This document shows, in pieces, positions 1 through 9,959 of a stretch of DNA of 45,808 nt (the stretch's first letter is position 1; each line of letters opens with the position of its first letter). Source of the stretch: a virus; the IMG/VR virus record IMGVR_UViG_3300045988_088177, positions 1-45,808 of that record; one strand, written 5' to 3'. The notes beneath the pieces were generated by a model, which ran no database searches, had not been told where the DNA came from, and saw only the letters and a list, made by a program, of their open reading frames with translations. A program made the translations under genes and the position numbers.

Positions 1-64
1 GAAAAATAGCGGATGTCCTTCCAGAAGCGCTCCGCCTCCTGCTTCCGAAAGCGGCCCTGGAATA
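1..64. repeat. Terminal direct repeat, copy 1 (identical to 45745..45808); overlap of a circular or terminally redundant genome
   Basis: Bases 1-64 (gaaaaatagcggatgtcc...ccctggaata) recur exactly as the last 64 bases of the window. Confidence 0.95.
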
Positions 65-239
65 CGGCCTCTTTGAGCTTTTCCTGGGTTTTCACCCCCG
101 CTTCCCCATCTGCCGCCAGGCCCTCTGCCCGCTGGAAGGCCTCCACGGCGCTTTTCGTCTTCTCCCCCGCCACGCCGTCGATTTCTCCCGGGCTATAGCC
201 CAGATAACTCAGCAGAAGCTGCAGCTGCCTTACCGTCAA
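1..239 (-). CDS. Endolysin, 5' part (peptidoglycan-binding-domain-like N-terminus); continues at 45744..45420
   Basis: TTG start at 239 overlaps the upstream stop as TTGA, with GGAGG 9 nt upstream. Translation is TVRQLQLLLSYLGYSPGEIDGVAGEKTKSAVEAFQRAEGLAADGEAG (PG_binding_1-like). The frame runs off base 1 and rejoins in frame across the repeat (564 nt, 187 aa in total). Confidence 0.75.
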   Translation of the reverse strand, partial: MTVRQLQLLLSYLGYSPGEIDGVAGEKTKSAVEAFQRAEGLAADGEAGVKTQEKLKEAVFQGRFRKQEAERFWKDIRYF

Positions 240-400
240 GCGGCCTCGCCTCCATAGAGATCCGCTGTCAGAGCGGTGAGCTCTGTGTACTCATCGTCCG
301 TCAGGCGATTGCAGGCGAAAAACACATCCAGCTTGTTCTGCGCCTGCTCTGCAGTCCTATAGAACTTCTTTCCGATCAGAATTTTCATGCTTTTGTACAT
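236..400 (-). CDS. XkdX-like small phage protein
   Basis: MYKSMKILIGKKFYRTAEQAQNKLDVFFACNRLTDDEYTELT... resembles the XkdX family pattern and sits downstream of the tail fibres. GGAGGA lies 8 nt before the ATG at 400. An alternative ATG at 445 cannot be excluded. Confidence 0.6.
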   Translation of the reverse strand: MYKSMKILIGKKFYRTAEQAQNKLDVFFACNRLTDDEYTELTALTADLYGGEAA

Positions 401-449
401 AACAAATTTCCTCCAGTCAAAAATATTTACGGTAACGCCAAGCATAGCG

Positions 450-791
450 TTATCCCTCCTCGATCGCAGCCAGGTCCTGGTTGTACACGTCCTCCACCAT
501 GGCTGCCATGGCCTCCACCAGCTCGTCATTCTGGGCCTCCAGCGCGGCGACGCGCTCTCGCTCATAGGCCCGTTGGGCGGCGTCCAGCTCCGCCCAGGGC
601 TTCCAGGGAGTAATCATTTCGCCGGAATACACCGTGCCGTCCGCTGCCGTCCAGGTCTCCCCGGCCGGGACAAAGCGGTAGCCCTCGATATAGGCGGCGC
701 ACTTGCCATCAAAAAAGGCTGTTTCGACGGTTGCAAGCCCCTCCTTCGGGGCGGTATAGCACTTAAAATCAGCATCAATGTAAATTTGCAT
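450..791 (-). CDS. Hypothetical protein in the XkdW position, with a coiled-coil C-terminus
   Basis: ORF with ATG at 791 preceded by a G-rich RBS. Lies between the tail fibre genes and the XkdX-like gene. No recognisable motif. Confidence 0.6.
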   Translation of the reverse strand: MQIYIDADFKCYTAPKEGLATVETAFFDGKCAAYIEGYRFVPAGETWTAADGTVYSGEMITPWKPWAELDAAQRAYERERVAALEAQNDELVEAMAAMVEDVYNQDLAAIEEG

Positions 792-805
792 ATCGCTCCG
801 CCCCC

Positions 806-1516
806 TCACGTCAGCCAGACTTTGCTTACGTCAAAATTGTACGAAAAACTGCTTTGGCCGATACCGGTGTACAGCACAACATATCCATCGGATATTGCGC
901 TTACGTCCAGCTCACCGCTTCCACCGCTAGAGTAGGACAGAGTCTTCGACGCCAACACGCCCGAAACCTTTCCTGCCGCAGGCGGCTCGGAGGTTACATA
1001 GACCATATAGCCGCCACCGCCGGTTTTGCCGTTTATATGCAGGGCGGTAAAGCCGTCAATAGGCACTTTGTTATTCGTGTAAAGGATACCAACGCCACCA
1101 TCGGCCCTGGTGATACCTTTCAGCGTGGGGCTCTTCGATATCTCCGCGCCCACCGATGCATCGGCATTCCACTCGTCGTATCGCTCCCCGGCATCATACA
1201 AAATCCCGTCGAATTTGCTGCTGACCGTCACCCACTTCCCGCCAATGTACATACTGGCCTCCGCCGATTCCCACGCGCCGGATGTAAAAACATACGTACT
1301 GTAAGCAATGGATTTCGCTTTCGACAAAAATACGATGGTCCCATCAGCCGGGGTTTCGGGAAAAACCTCCGCAAAGACGTACTTCTTCCCGGCCTTGTCG
1401 GATTTTACCCAGATCATATTCTCCTTTGGGCTCCCCGGCTCAGTAAGGCCGGAGACGACATTCAGGCCAGCTCCGCCACCGCCGCCGCCTCGCCGTGAAA
1501 TAAAGCATTCTCCCAT
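806..1516 (-). CDS. Tail fibre-associated / distal receptor-binding candidate
   Basis: 236-aa ORF directly after the fibre gene. Glycine run near the N-terminus (RRGGGGGGAG). Function inferred from position only. Confidence 0.55.
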   Translation of the reverse strand: MGECFISRRGGGGGGAGLNVVSGLTEPGSPKENMIWVKSDKAGKKYVFAEVFPETPADGTIVFLSKAKSIAYSTYVFTSGAWESAEASMYIGGKWVTVSSKFDGILYDAGERYDEWNADASVGAEISKSPTLKGITRADGGVGILYTNNKVPIDGFTALHINGKTGGGGYMVYVTSEPPAAGKVSGVLASKTLSYSSGGSGELDVSAISDGYVVLYTGIGQSSFSYNFDVSKVWLT

Positions 1517-1518
1517 GA

Positions 1519-2841
1519 TTACACCGCCTTTACCTGTATCGGAATATCTACTGCCGGCTTGTCCGTTGCGTAAGCTACGATTTTATTTTCCTGTGCTACC
1601 ATCCGATAGATATGTCCGTAAGCTTCTATTTGTGTCTCTGCCGTAGCGTAGGTTGCGGAAGGGATGATATCTACGATAGGCTTGTCTACCGCTAAAAGAC
1701 CAGTAACGGTCATGTCACAAATGTAAGGGGCCGCCGAGCCTGTCCACCCGGAAGCGGGTATGGTAGCCGTATAGCTTCTGACCGGAGCCTGGTAGTCTGT
1801 TCCGGCAACAGCCTCCGACACGCCGCCGCTTCCATCGCCCTTCAAAAGTCCAGAAACCATGATTTTCTTTTGCTTTCCAGTCAACTCCTGCTCCACCGTG
1901 GTACCGGATGCAGTACGGATATTTGCTGCTCCAATCGTTACGGCTCCGGTATCATCTGGCTTTTGTCCGTTCACAGTTTTAACAGCCGCATTCAACGCTG
2001 CCTGCACACTCGTCCCGTTGCTGGTGGATATATCCTCCGCCAGCACACTCACGTTGCCGGTAGGATCAGGATTCTTACCATTAACGCTAGATACTGCACC
2101 GCTACCATCAATACCAAACCGAGAGACGGAGTAGGAAGTCACAGGGTTACCCGTGTTGAAGATAAGCACAGTTTTCGTCCACAGGTACTTACCTTGGGGG
2201 ACGTTAGGCACATCAGCTACCCAGGAACCAGAGGGAACGACGGTACCGGAGTCAGAGACCATGTAAGTTGTACTGTGACTTGTCAGTGTTGCAGCATCGC
2301 CCTTATCGCCTTTGTCGCCTTTGATGCGTACCCAGGTGTAGTCCTGCCAGCCAGAGGGCGGCGTGATACCAGCATAAAAGCCAAGCCATTCATCCGGCAC
2401 GTCACCCATGTTATGAGAAGTGTCCGTTGGTTTTTGAGAGGCGAATTTGAAGTACAGACGGTCGGCATCACCTTTGTCCCCCTTTTCGCCATTCTTCACT
2501 GTAAATACGAAGTCAGAACCAGCATTGAATTTCATGGTGTAGGTGTCAACCAACCCAGATGTGCCAGTCTTGGCAACACTGGTAATGCCTTTGCCGTCCG
2601 AAACGGTCATGTCAAAGTAGGTGTCATCCGCAAGAGTAATGCGGTAGGTCTTATTCAGCCCGGATGTACTTTGCAGGACAATGCTGGTAATACCGCCATG
2701 TCCCTGGGCAAGCTCTAGCAACCAGTTCTTCAGAACTTGCCCAGTCAGTTTCTTCGCCGTGCCGGACTGCTGCAGCACAAACAGGTCGCTAAGATACACT
2801 TTTTCAGCAGCATTTAACTGCTCTATGGATTTATCAGCCAT
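1519..2841 (-). CDS. Tail fibre protein with short collagen-like GxK/GDK repeats
   Basis: 440 aa with GEKGDKGDA and GDKGDKGDA motifs. Start is coupled to the upstream stop (ATGGCTGA). Located distal to the tape measure and tip genes. Confidence 0.75.
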   Translation of the reverse strand: MADKSIEQLNAAEKVYLSDLFVLQQSGTAKKLTGQVLKNWLLELAQGHGGITSIVLQSTSGLNKTYRITLADDTYFDMTVSDGKGITSVAKTGTSGLVDTYTMKFNAGSDFVFTVKNGEKGDKGDADRLYFKFASQKPTDTSHNMGDVPDEWLGFYAGITPPSGWQDYTWVRIKGDKGDKGDAATLTSHSTTYMVSDSGTVVPSGSWVADVPNVPQGKYLWTKTVLIFNTGNPVTSYSVSRFGIDGSGAVSSVNGKNPDPTGNVSVLAEDISTSNGTSVQAALNAAVKTVNGQKPDDTGAVTIGAANIRTASGTTVEQELTGKQKKIMVSGLLKGDGSGGVSEAVAGTDYQAPVRSYTATIPASGWTGSAAPYICDMTVTGLLAVDKPIVDIIPSATYATAETQIEAYGHIYRMVAQENKIVAYATDKPAVDIPIQVKAV

Positions 2842-3025
2842 CCTGTACGTCAGCTCCTTCCGTTTCTTCCTTTTTCTCCGCAGCGGGCAGCTGCTCCAGC
2901 TTTCGAATCACCGTCTTAATGGCCGTAGCACAGCCCACGAACTTGTCCTGATTATCAATACCAACTATAGAGATGGTCTCCATAGTTGCACCGATACGGG
3001 ATAACAGGTTGATGATTTCGTCCAT
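2834..3025 (-). CDS. Hypothetical small protein
   Basis: 63-aa ORF, translationally coupled to the fibre gene. Confidence 0.5.
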   Translation of the reverse strand: MDEIINLLSRIGATMETISIVGIDNQDKFVGCATAIKTVIRKLEQLPAAEKKEETEGADVQDG

Positions 3026-3028
3026 TTT

Positions 3029-3274
3029 TTACTCCTTTCCGAGAACTACACGGATTGCATCGGATTCAGGCACGATCGCAACAAGACGTGTGTAGTTCGC
3101 TGCGTATTGACTTTCGCACCACAATTGTATCGTTTCAGATGGGTTTGAAAATATCGCCGCCACTGTGGGAATCTGCTCATTTACAATCCGCAAATTGCAT
3201 TGTCCAGTTGGCTGGCATGGGTTGAAATAATCACAAGAAAATTCCTTGCCTGTTGCGGTTGTGAGCTTTTCCAT
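3029..3274 (-). CDS. Hypothetical protein
   Basis: 81-aa ORF packed tightly between tail genes. Confidence 0.5.
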   Translation of the reverse strand: MEKLTTATGKEFSCDYFNPCQPTGQCNLRIVNEQIPTVAAIFSNPSETIQLWCESQYAANYTRLVAIVPESDAIRVVLGKE

Positions 3275-3286
3275 TTTGCATCCCCC

Positions 3287-4486
3287 TTAATTAAGCCACG
3301 TAAGATACCTTAAAGATACCGTGCCCCCAGTTCCGTCTCTAAACGATGTAGAAGCTACAGCTACCCTGTGGCCTCCGATTACTAATCCTTTGTCTTCGGT
3401 TGATAAACTAGGTGCGGTATTCCACCCATTAAATACGCCATTTGCAAAATCCGCATACCCCAGAGATGTGTTCACGCCTCCTGCAAATTGCCCGGTACCG
3501 AGACTATTCCCTACGATTTTCCCTGCCCCTACAGAGCCACCGGACAGCCCGCCTCCGCTGAAATATCCAGCATCCCCGCCGTAGCTGATGCGCCCGGCAT
3601 ATACCTCCCCGGTAAACCGCCCGGAGGCGGCTTCCAGGTTTCCGGCCATGTCCACCTTGAAATTCCGGCCCAGCTGAATGCCACTTGTTCCAAAATAACC
3701 GCCCCAGCTATTAGTTCCACCCCAGGTCTGGCCGTTGTAGGACAGATAATCTTTCTGGATGTCAAACCCACCGATTTTCCCGGATGTAGCCCGGATTTCA
3801 CCCTCTACTATTGCGCCGCCCTCTTGAACGCTAAAAATGATTTTACTTTTGCTTCCAACGCTCCAACTGTTCGCTTGCAAGTCCCACCAGAAGTCAGAGG
3901 TTTTATCTCCTACCGTTTTTTCAACCCTAGCTTTAATGGCATCTGCCTGAACGCTCAAGGTTGCCCGGATAGCTTTATCTGCTGCTTCTCTTGCTTCCAC
4001 CTCTGCGGCAATTTTTGTTGCCGTGATGGCCAAGCTAGACCTAACAGATCGAGTGAAACGTTCATACTGACGATTCGTAGGAGACTGGATTTGGAACTCA
4101 TGTTCTATTTCTTCCTTGGAAGGGGCTTCCAATTCGCTGGTAATATCCCGCCCGTAAGTGGTTGCCCGCAGAAACACACCGCCGTAGGTATCGGCAATGG
4201 TAACAGCATCGCCAATTTCCACAGAGGGGTCAATGTGGGTTCCACTGGCATTGTATGGCTGGTAGCGGTAGCCACGGATTTTCTTATAAATTGCGTCGGC
4301 CTGAGCCTGAGAACCCCATTCATTGGTTATTTCCAAGAGAGTACCGGTCTTGTCTCCGGCCCGGTACTCGATGTTGTTTCCTTCGTCGTCCTGACCGGCG
4401 AAGATGACCACGCCGCTGTAAGCGGGCAGCTCCATGGATGTATCTAGACTGCTTACCCGACGCAGCAGGTTAAAGCTTTCTGCCAA
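3287..4486 (-). CDS. Tail tip / minor structural protein with a Gly-rich C-terminal domain
   Basis: 399 aa, TTG start. Central coiled coil (AEVEAREAADKAIRATLSVQADAIKARVEK) followed by a G-rich beta region. Lies downstream of the tape measure. Confidence 0.65.
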   Translation of the reverse strand: MAESFNLLRRVSSLDTSMELPAYSGVVIFAGQDDEGNNIEYRAGDKTGTLLEITNEWGSQAQADAIYKKIRGYRYQPYNASGTHIDPSVEIGDAVTIADTYGGVFLRATTYGRDITSELEAPSKEEIEHEFQIQSPTNRQYERFTRSVRSSLAITATKIAAEVEAREAADKAIRATLSVQADAIKARVEKTVGDKTSDFWWDLQANSWSVGSKSKIIFSVQEGGAIVEGEIRATSGKIGGFDIQKDYLSYNGQTWGGTNSWGGYFGTSGIQLGRNFKVDMAGNLEAASGRFTGEVYAGRISYGGDAGYFSGGGLSGGSVGAGKIVGNSLGTGQFAGGVNTSLGYADFANGVFNGWNTAPSLSTEDKGLVIGGHRVAVASTSFRDGTGGTVSLRYLTWLN

Positions 4487-4503
4487 CGGCTATCACCGCC
4501 TTT

Positions 4504-5304
4504 CTATACAAGAATGTAATAACCGCCAAAGGTAATTTTGTAGCCGTCGTCCGTTATCAGGTGCCTGGTCTCCGGAGGAAGGTCAAACATGCTGACGAGC
4601 CGAAGCATGCCGGTAGGGGAGATGATGAAGTTTCCGGCATAGGCTGCCGCAATCATGCAGAGAACTTCCCGCATGGAATAGCCGACAGGAAGCGGGAATT
4701 TATATCCGGCGGTCATAATATCCCACGTCCGTTCGTCTACCTGGATGCCGCTACCGTCTTCGTCGATTTTCATATTTGTGGCGATGTACTTTACCATCTC
4801 TGTGTCAAGCAGCGGGTAATCGTGGGTATCGTCGCTTGGGTACGTGACCTCTGCGAGCATCATTGCGTCATACCCGCTCAGGGTCAAGACGTCGAATCCA
4901 CGGTCGTCGTGCACCTGTTTCCGGGTGTCGATGTAGTAAACTCCCTGCTGTACCCACTCGGATTTCTCCGTGTCGCTCACTGCTCGGGAGTAGATGCAGA
5001 TGCGCCCTTTCCTGGGAATGTTGTACGGCGCAATCATCTTCACATCCACGGCGCCGGACGTTGCCGTTCCGACGCACGGCATGGAATCCTTGAAAAACGG
5101 GCTTTTTGTGCTCACGCTGAATAGCGCATCTTCCCGGAATCCGCTTTCCGGGCCGCCGGTATCAACGAGGATGGAATCTCCGCCAAAAAGAATCCGGTCT
5201 CCGGAATTATCTACCAGGCACCCATCGTCACCAATGGTGACGGATGTATCGAAGCTATGCGGCCCTTGCAATATCCGCTTGTATTTTTCGGATGTTTCTT
5301 GCAT
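4504..5304 (-). CDS. Tail-associated (baseplate/Tal-position) protein
   Basis: 266-aa ORF with an AAAGGTGG RBS. Function inferred from position. Confidence 0.6.
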   Translation of the reverse strand: MQETSEKYKRILQGPHSFDTSVTIGDDGCLVDNSGDRILFGGDSILVDTGGPESGFREDALFSVSTKSPFFKDSMPCVGTATSGAVDVKMIAPYNIPRKGRICIYSRAVSDTEKSEWVQQGVYYIDTRKQVHDDRGFDVLTLSGYDAMMLAEVTYPSDDTHDYPLLDTEMVKYIATNMKIDEDGSGIQVDERTWDIMTAGYKFPLPVGYSMREVLCMIAAAYAGNFIISPTGMLRLVSMFDLPPETRHLITDDGYKITFGGYYILV

Positions 5305-5313
5305 AAGCCACCT

Positions 5314-5682
5314 TTACCTTTCAATCAGTGGGAACGTGATGCCGCTCCACCAGTCATCTTCCGGCTTTTCAATCAGGAAGGAAGCGGGGTTATTGTTGGA
5401 ATACATGGATATTCCGCTCCTGTAGCCGCTCATGGGGTCGTAGTAGTCCACACTGACATACTCCGGGAGAATGGTCGTCAGGACCAATCTTGCTTCCTCA
5501 GCGGTCAGAGGGCGGCAGGTGATGTCCAGGCGGATTTTGGTAGCCACACGGCCACGCTGCATCTGCCCGTCCATGGTCCGCCCGGAGTTGGCGGCATCGA
5601 TGTCGTTGCGTTGCCATTTGACCCCCTGCTTTGCGATAAACGGCATGAAGTCCACGCCGTTTATCTTAAGCATCATCTTCAT
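5314..5682 (-). CDS. Distal tail protein-position gene
   Basis: 122-aa ORF immediately after the tape measure gene. Confidence 0.55.
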   Translation of the reverse strand: MKMMLKINGVDFMPFIAKQGVKWQRNDIDAANSGRTMDGQMQRGRVATKIRLDITCRPLTAEEARLVLTTILPEYVSVDYYDPMSGYRSGISMYSNNNPASFLIEKPEDDWWSGITFPLIER

Positions 5683-5704
5683 GCCGTTTCACGCTCCTTT
5701 CGTA

Positions 5705-8700
5705 TCAGCCATACATTCTTGCGTTCCTGCGCTGGGCATCCGCCACAGCACGGTCAAAATCGTAATTGCCGCCACCGTCGTTTCGTCCCTGCTCCCGCAT
5801 TTCCATGATGATTTGCTGGGCGACAGCGTACAGGGCGTTCACAACGTCATCGTTACCTTCCCGGACACCGTTGGTGATACCCTCGACGATCTGGTCATTG
5901 TTGGCAACTGCGGTTCTGCGCCCGATGGAGCCAACCATTTCTGCGCCGGCTTCCCGGGCAATGAAAAGCTGTCCTTGGTCTACATAGCCGCCGTTGGCAA
6001 GCATAGGGATTTTCGGAACACTGATTTCTCTCAACCCTGCAAATGGAGAGTATCCGGCGATACTGAAGTTTCTAAGACTGCTTAAAATTCCGTTGATTCC
6101 ACCAAACATCCAACTCAATGCGGAATTTAGAGCAGATATTACGCCGATCAGTGCCGATTTCACTGCGCCAACAAGGCCGTTAAACACCGTTGACACCGCA
6201 TGCCTCAACGGGGATATAAAGTGGGTATTGATGTAGTTGTATGCTGTTAAAAATCCATTGCAAATAGAATTCCATGTGTTGGATGCCCACCCTGTAATTC
6301 CAGACCAAAGAGAGGAAAACAGATTGGATAACGGCTGGATGACGTTTGAATCGAACCACATTCCAGATTCATAAAAAGCGTTTTTTATCCCATCCCACGC
6401 ATCATTCGCCCACGTCAGAACCCCTGCCCATAGGTTCGAGAAGAATTCTTCAACGGGGGCAATGACCGCTGTTTCTATCCATTGCGTAAATGTTCCCCAT
6501 GCGTTTTTGACGGATTCCCAAGACCCAACCGCCAATTCTGCCACGTCTGCCCACAGTCCGGAGAAGAACGTTTTTATTGGCTGGATGACATTCTCATACA
6601 TCCATTCAGAAAAAATTCCCCAAACAATTTTGATGGTTTCCAACGTTCCACGAGCAATTACTCCTATGTCATAGAAAACATCCTCAAATGTTTTGCTTAC
6701 GCTACCCCAAAGCTCAGAGAACCATTCAGCAGCAGGCGAAAAGAAATCTTTAATTCCTCTCCATGTGTCATGAGCCAATAAAGATACATTTTCCAGCAGT
6801 TCGGAAAAGAATCCAGATACAGGCTGTATTACAGTTTCGTCAAACCATCTTGCGGCATCTCCGAAAGCATCGGAAACGTTTTCCCAGCACTCAGTAGCAG
6901 ATGTGGAAATGTTTTCCCACAAGCCATCAAAGAAGTTTCCCATTGGTTGAATAAAATTTGTGTTAAACCATCCAGACAAACTGCTCCATGTGTTGGAAAG
7001 CGATTCCTTTGCAGAGGAAAAAGACTTAGATAACCAGGCGCTAATTTCATCCCATTTTTGATAAATCAGAATGCCAAGGTCTGTTAAGGCACCTACCGCT
7101 AGGCCAATCAATGCGCCTATTCCAGTGCCAATAGGGCCTCCCAAAGAGCCGATAATTGCGCCTATTCCTGCACCAGCCAGCGTAGAACCAGCAGGAATCA
7201 GTAGTCCATTCAGGATGTTCAAACCGTTCATAATGGAATCGTATATGCCAGTAACGAACATTGGGATTCCAGCCACAATCCCGCCGATAGCCGCGCCTAT
7301 CAGTGTAGTGCTGATTGTGCCGCCGCCAGCGGTGATTGCTTTTGCTATGGTGCTTTCCGAGAATGCTTTTGCTATAAACTGTCCGATTCCTTTGCCTAAC
7401 AATCCGGTTCCGGCTGTTCCGACTAAACCTCCAAGAATAATTTCCGAGAAATTAAAGCCGTTCAGTTTCTTTTCGATTGCATCCTTGATACCGCTGAATT
7501 CGATTTTGAATCCTGTTGCGGTCAGAATTGCTCCGGCGGTGATCGTAAGCGGTATTGACAATCCGTTTTGGGAAAGCGCTTTCAGCGCCGAGATGCCCGT
7601 CATGAGTTCGGTCGCAAGCCTCCACGCAAGCAGAGCTGTTCCAATTGTCGCAACCAATTCCAGAATCTCTTTGAGGTTGTCTTTCACAAAATTAACAAGC
7701 GGTTCCAGCTTTTTTTTCCACTCATCGATCTTGTTTCCAACTGCATTCTTCAGAAAGTCATACCCGGGCAAATCAATCCCCAGGTCTCCGCCGCCGCCCC
7801 CGGCAGAACCGCCGCTTCCGCCGCCCTGATTCTGGTCAGGCAGCACATTCAGCTCGTCAAATCCGGCAAGGTACTTTTTCAGTTCCTTGGCAGACCCAGC
7901 GGCAGAATCCATGTTGTCAGCAATCGCTCCGCTTCCTGCGGTTGCACCGCCAAAGGAATCTCCCCATTCTGGGGCTTGCAATGTCACGCCAAACAGACCG
8001 GCGATTGCTGCAATGATTTCTCTAAGGGCATTTGCAACGGCGATAGCGAAAGGAAGGACTTTCACCAGAATTGGAATAAACAGGTTGCCGATTGCCCTAG
8101 CGCACTGTTCAAACTGTGCTTTCAGCACTCTCAGCATATTTGCGGGCTGTTCCAGCGTCCGTGCCATATCACCCTGTACCTGTGTTACCTGGGTCATCAT
8201 GGCGTAGTACCGCAGCTGGGATTTTTCAGCCTGGGTCATGCTGGAAACGCTCTTGTCAATGCCGAGATTCAGCCGTTCCTGCTCCAAACGGGCTACTGAC
8301 AGATCGTAGCCGAGCCGCCGAAGTGGTTCCAATTCACCGGCAATGCCGGACTGCACCTTCTGCATGGCAGATTCAAAGTCCAGGTTATAGAAGGAAGCAA
8401 TGTCGTAACCCAACTGCGTCAGGTTCTTGGACATATACGCCGCCTTGTCCCCCGCAACGCCAAAGCCAGTGATAATCGTGTTGAACACGCCCTGATTCCG
8501 CATCCATTCAGCCGGGTCAATGCCCACGATTTCCGAAACCTTCTGTGCGTAGTCATACGCTTCCTCGGCGTACTTCCCCATTGAAACTGTGAACAGATTC
8601 AAATCTTCCGTATACTGGGACGATTTTGCGATTGCGGTGCTCATGAGCTTTGCCGCCGCCCTGTATATGGTCACAAAACTGATTGCTTTGATCGCACTGT

Positions 8701-9469
8701 TCCACGCATTTGTGCTTGTGGTTGCCCGCCTTACCGTACCGTTGTACTGCTCCGTGGAGGTGATCAGCCTTTGAATTCTGGTGGGGAATGCGGAGAACCC
8801 GGCGGCAACCTTGTTCATTTCGTCCGCAAGAGGCTTGATGGCTTCCGCAAAATCCTTCATCTGCTGAGTGAATTTATCCAAATCCACCTTGTCAAGCTCC
8901 TGGATGACCGCAGGAAGCTTTGAAAGCTGATTGGTGAAGGAAGTGAGCTTCGCCCGTTCCAGATCTCCAAGGGGCCGCAGCCCGTCAGCAAGGCCGGATA
9001 ACTTTGTGATTCCGCCAGCATCCAGCCCGGCAAGCGCCGTATTCAGTGCCGTAATATTCTTCGGCAGCGTTGCGGAAATCTTAGCCCCGCTGCTGTTCGC
9101 CACCGCCTGTAGGGCGCTGCCCAGCTGGACGATTTTCTCCGGCTGGATGTTCGCAACGGCGGCGTTTAAAGCGGTAATGTTCTTTGGCAGAGAAGAAGAA
9201 ATCTTTGCGTTTGGGCTGATATTCAGCTGGTTCACAGCGTCAGAAACGCCTTTCAGTTTATTGGCAATGCCGGATGTATCAATCCCGTCAAGAGCAGTCC
9301 GCAGCTTGGAAATAGCACTTCCGGCTCTCGATACGGCGGAAATCCCGCCCTTGACATTGATTTTCAGCTCCGCAAGGGCTTTCCCAAGCTGCTCAATGCT
9401 GTTGGTGGCCTCGTCGCTGTCATTGATGATTTGAAACTCAATGCCCTGCATTTCCACATTGTCAGCCAT
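5705..9469 (-). CDS. Tail tape measure protein
   Basis: About 1254 aa. Has a long helical N-terminus, hydrophobic G/A/I-rich central segments and Trp-periodic C-terminal repeats. ATG at 9469 is coupled to the chaperone stop (ATGGCTGA). The track start at 9493 is a TTG inside that upstream ORF. Confidence 0.9.
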   Translation of the reverse strand: MADNVEMQGIEFQIINDSDEATNSIEQLGKALAELKINVKGGISAVSRAGSAISKLRTALDGIDTSGIANKLKGVSDAVNQLNISPNAKISSSLPKNITALNAAVANIQPEKIVQLGSALQAVANSSGAKISATLPKNITALNTALAGLDAGGITKLSGLADGLRPLGDLERAKLTSFTNQLSKLPAVIQELDKVDLDKFTQQMKDFAEAIKPLADEMNKVAAGFSAFPTRIQRLITSTEQYNGTVRRATTSTNAWNSAIKAISFVTIYRAAAKLMSTAIAKSSQYTEDLNLFTVSMGKYAEEAYDYAQKVSEIVGIDPAEWMRNQGVFNTIITGFGVAGDKAAYMSKNLTQLGYDIASFYNLDFESAMQKVQSGIAGELEPLRRLGYDLSVARLEQERLNLGIDKSVSSMTQAEKSQLRYYAMMTQVTQVQGDMARTLEQPANMLRVLKAQFEQCARAIGNLFIPILVKVLPFAIAVANALREIIAAIAGLFGVTLQAPEWGDSFGGATAGSGAIADNMDSAAGSAKELKKYLAGFDELNVLPDQNQGGGSGGSAGGGGGDLGIDLPGYDFLKNAVGNKIDEWKKKLEPLVNFVKDNLKEILELVATIGTALLAWRLATELMTGISALKALSQNGLSIPLTITAGAILTATGFKIEFSGIKDAIEKKLNGFNFSEIILGGLVGTAGTGLLGKGIGQFIAKAFSESTIAKAITAGGGTISTTLIGAAIGGIVAGIPMFVTGIYDSIMNGLNILNGLLIPAGSTLAGAGIGAIIGSLGGPIGTGIGALIGLAVGALTDLGILIYQKWDEISAWLSKSFSSAKESLSNTWSSLSGWFNTNFIQPMGNFFDGLWENISTSATECWENVSDAFGDAARWFDETVIQPVSGFFSELLENVSLLAHDTWRGIKDFFSPAAEWFSELWGSVSKTFEDVFYDIGVIARGTLETIKIVWGIFSEWMYENVIQPIKTFFSGLWADVAELAVGSWESVKNAWGTFTQWIETAVIAPVEEFFSNLWAGVLTWANDAWDGIKNAFYESGMWFDSNVIQPLSNLFSSLWSGITGWASNTWNSICNGFLTAYNYINTHFISPLRHAVSTVFNGLVGAVKSALIGVISALNSALSWMFGGINGILSSLRNFSIAGYSPFAGLREISVPKIPMLANGGYVDQGQLFIAREAGAEMVGSIGRRTAVANNDQIVEGITNGVREGNDDVVNALYAVAQQIIMEMREQGRNDGGGNYDFDRAVADAQRRNARMYG

Positions 9470-9959
9470 TCCCTTCACCGCCCTTTCCCTCAAACTTCTT
9501 GTTGATGGAAACCATAAACATCTCCATCATGGCCTTTGCCTTTTTATCGCTCCTTTCTTCAACAGAGAGCGGCTTTTCTTGCTTTTTTTCCTGCTTCCTA
9601 GCCCCTGTGTGAATGTTGATAGGTTGGTCACGGTAGGGAATAGGTTTCGGAGGCTTCTTGTTAAAGCTAAACCGCAGAACCGGGGCGGCATCCAGTATGG
9701 CTTCGTAGATGTAAGCTCCCTGTAGCCATAGGTCTTGATTCCGCAAATCACGCTTGATTTTATCGGCTTCCCGGTATGCTTTTACAAGACACACATCCTG
9801 ATTCCAGAATTGGTCATAGGTCATGCCGATTGCAAGGTAGTATGGAAAAACCTTGTTGAAAATCTCTGTGTAAGCATAAGAGGGGGCAGGGGATGCCCCG
9901 CCCCCTCCATAAGTGGGAAGAATATCGCTTACTCTACTGCTTCCCAGCCGGGGTTTCCC
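9462..9959 (-). CDS. Tail assembly chaperone, -1 frameshift extension (gpGT-like C-terminal part, fused to the N-terminus encoded by 9929..10261)
   Basis: The -1 frame is closed by TGA at 9969-9971, then open from 9968 to 9462. It is entered at the G GGA AAC heptamer. The stop overlaps the tape measure start. Confidence 0.75.
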   Translation of the reverse strand, partial: GKPRLGSSRVSDILPTYGGGGASPAPSYAYTEIFNKVFPYYLAIGMTYDQFWNQDVCLVKAYREADKIKRDLRNQDLWLQGAYIYEAILDAAPVLRFSFNKKPPKPIPYRDQPINIHTGARKQEKKQEKPLSVEERSDKKAKAMMEMFMVSINKKFEGKGGEGNG

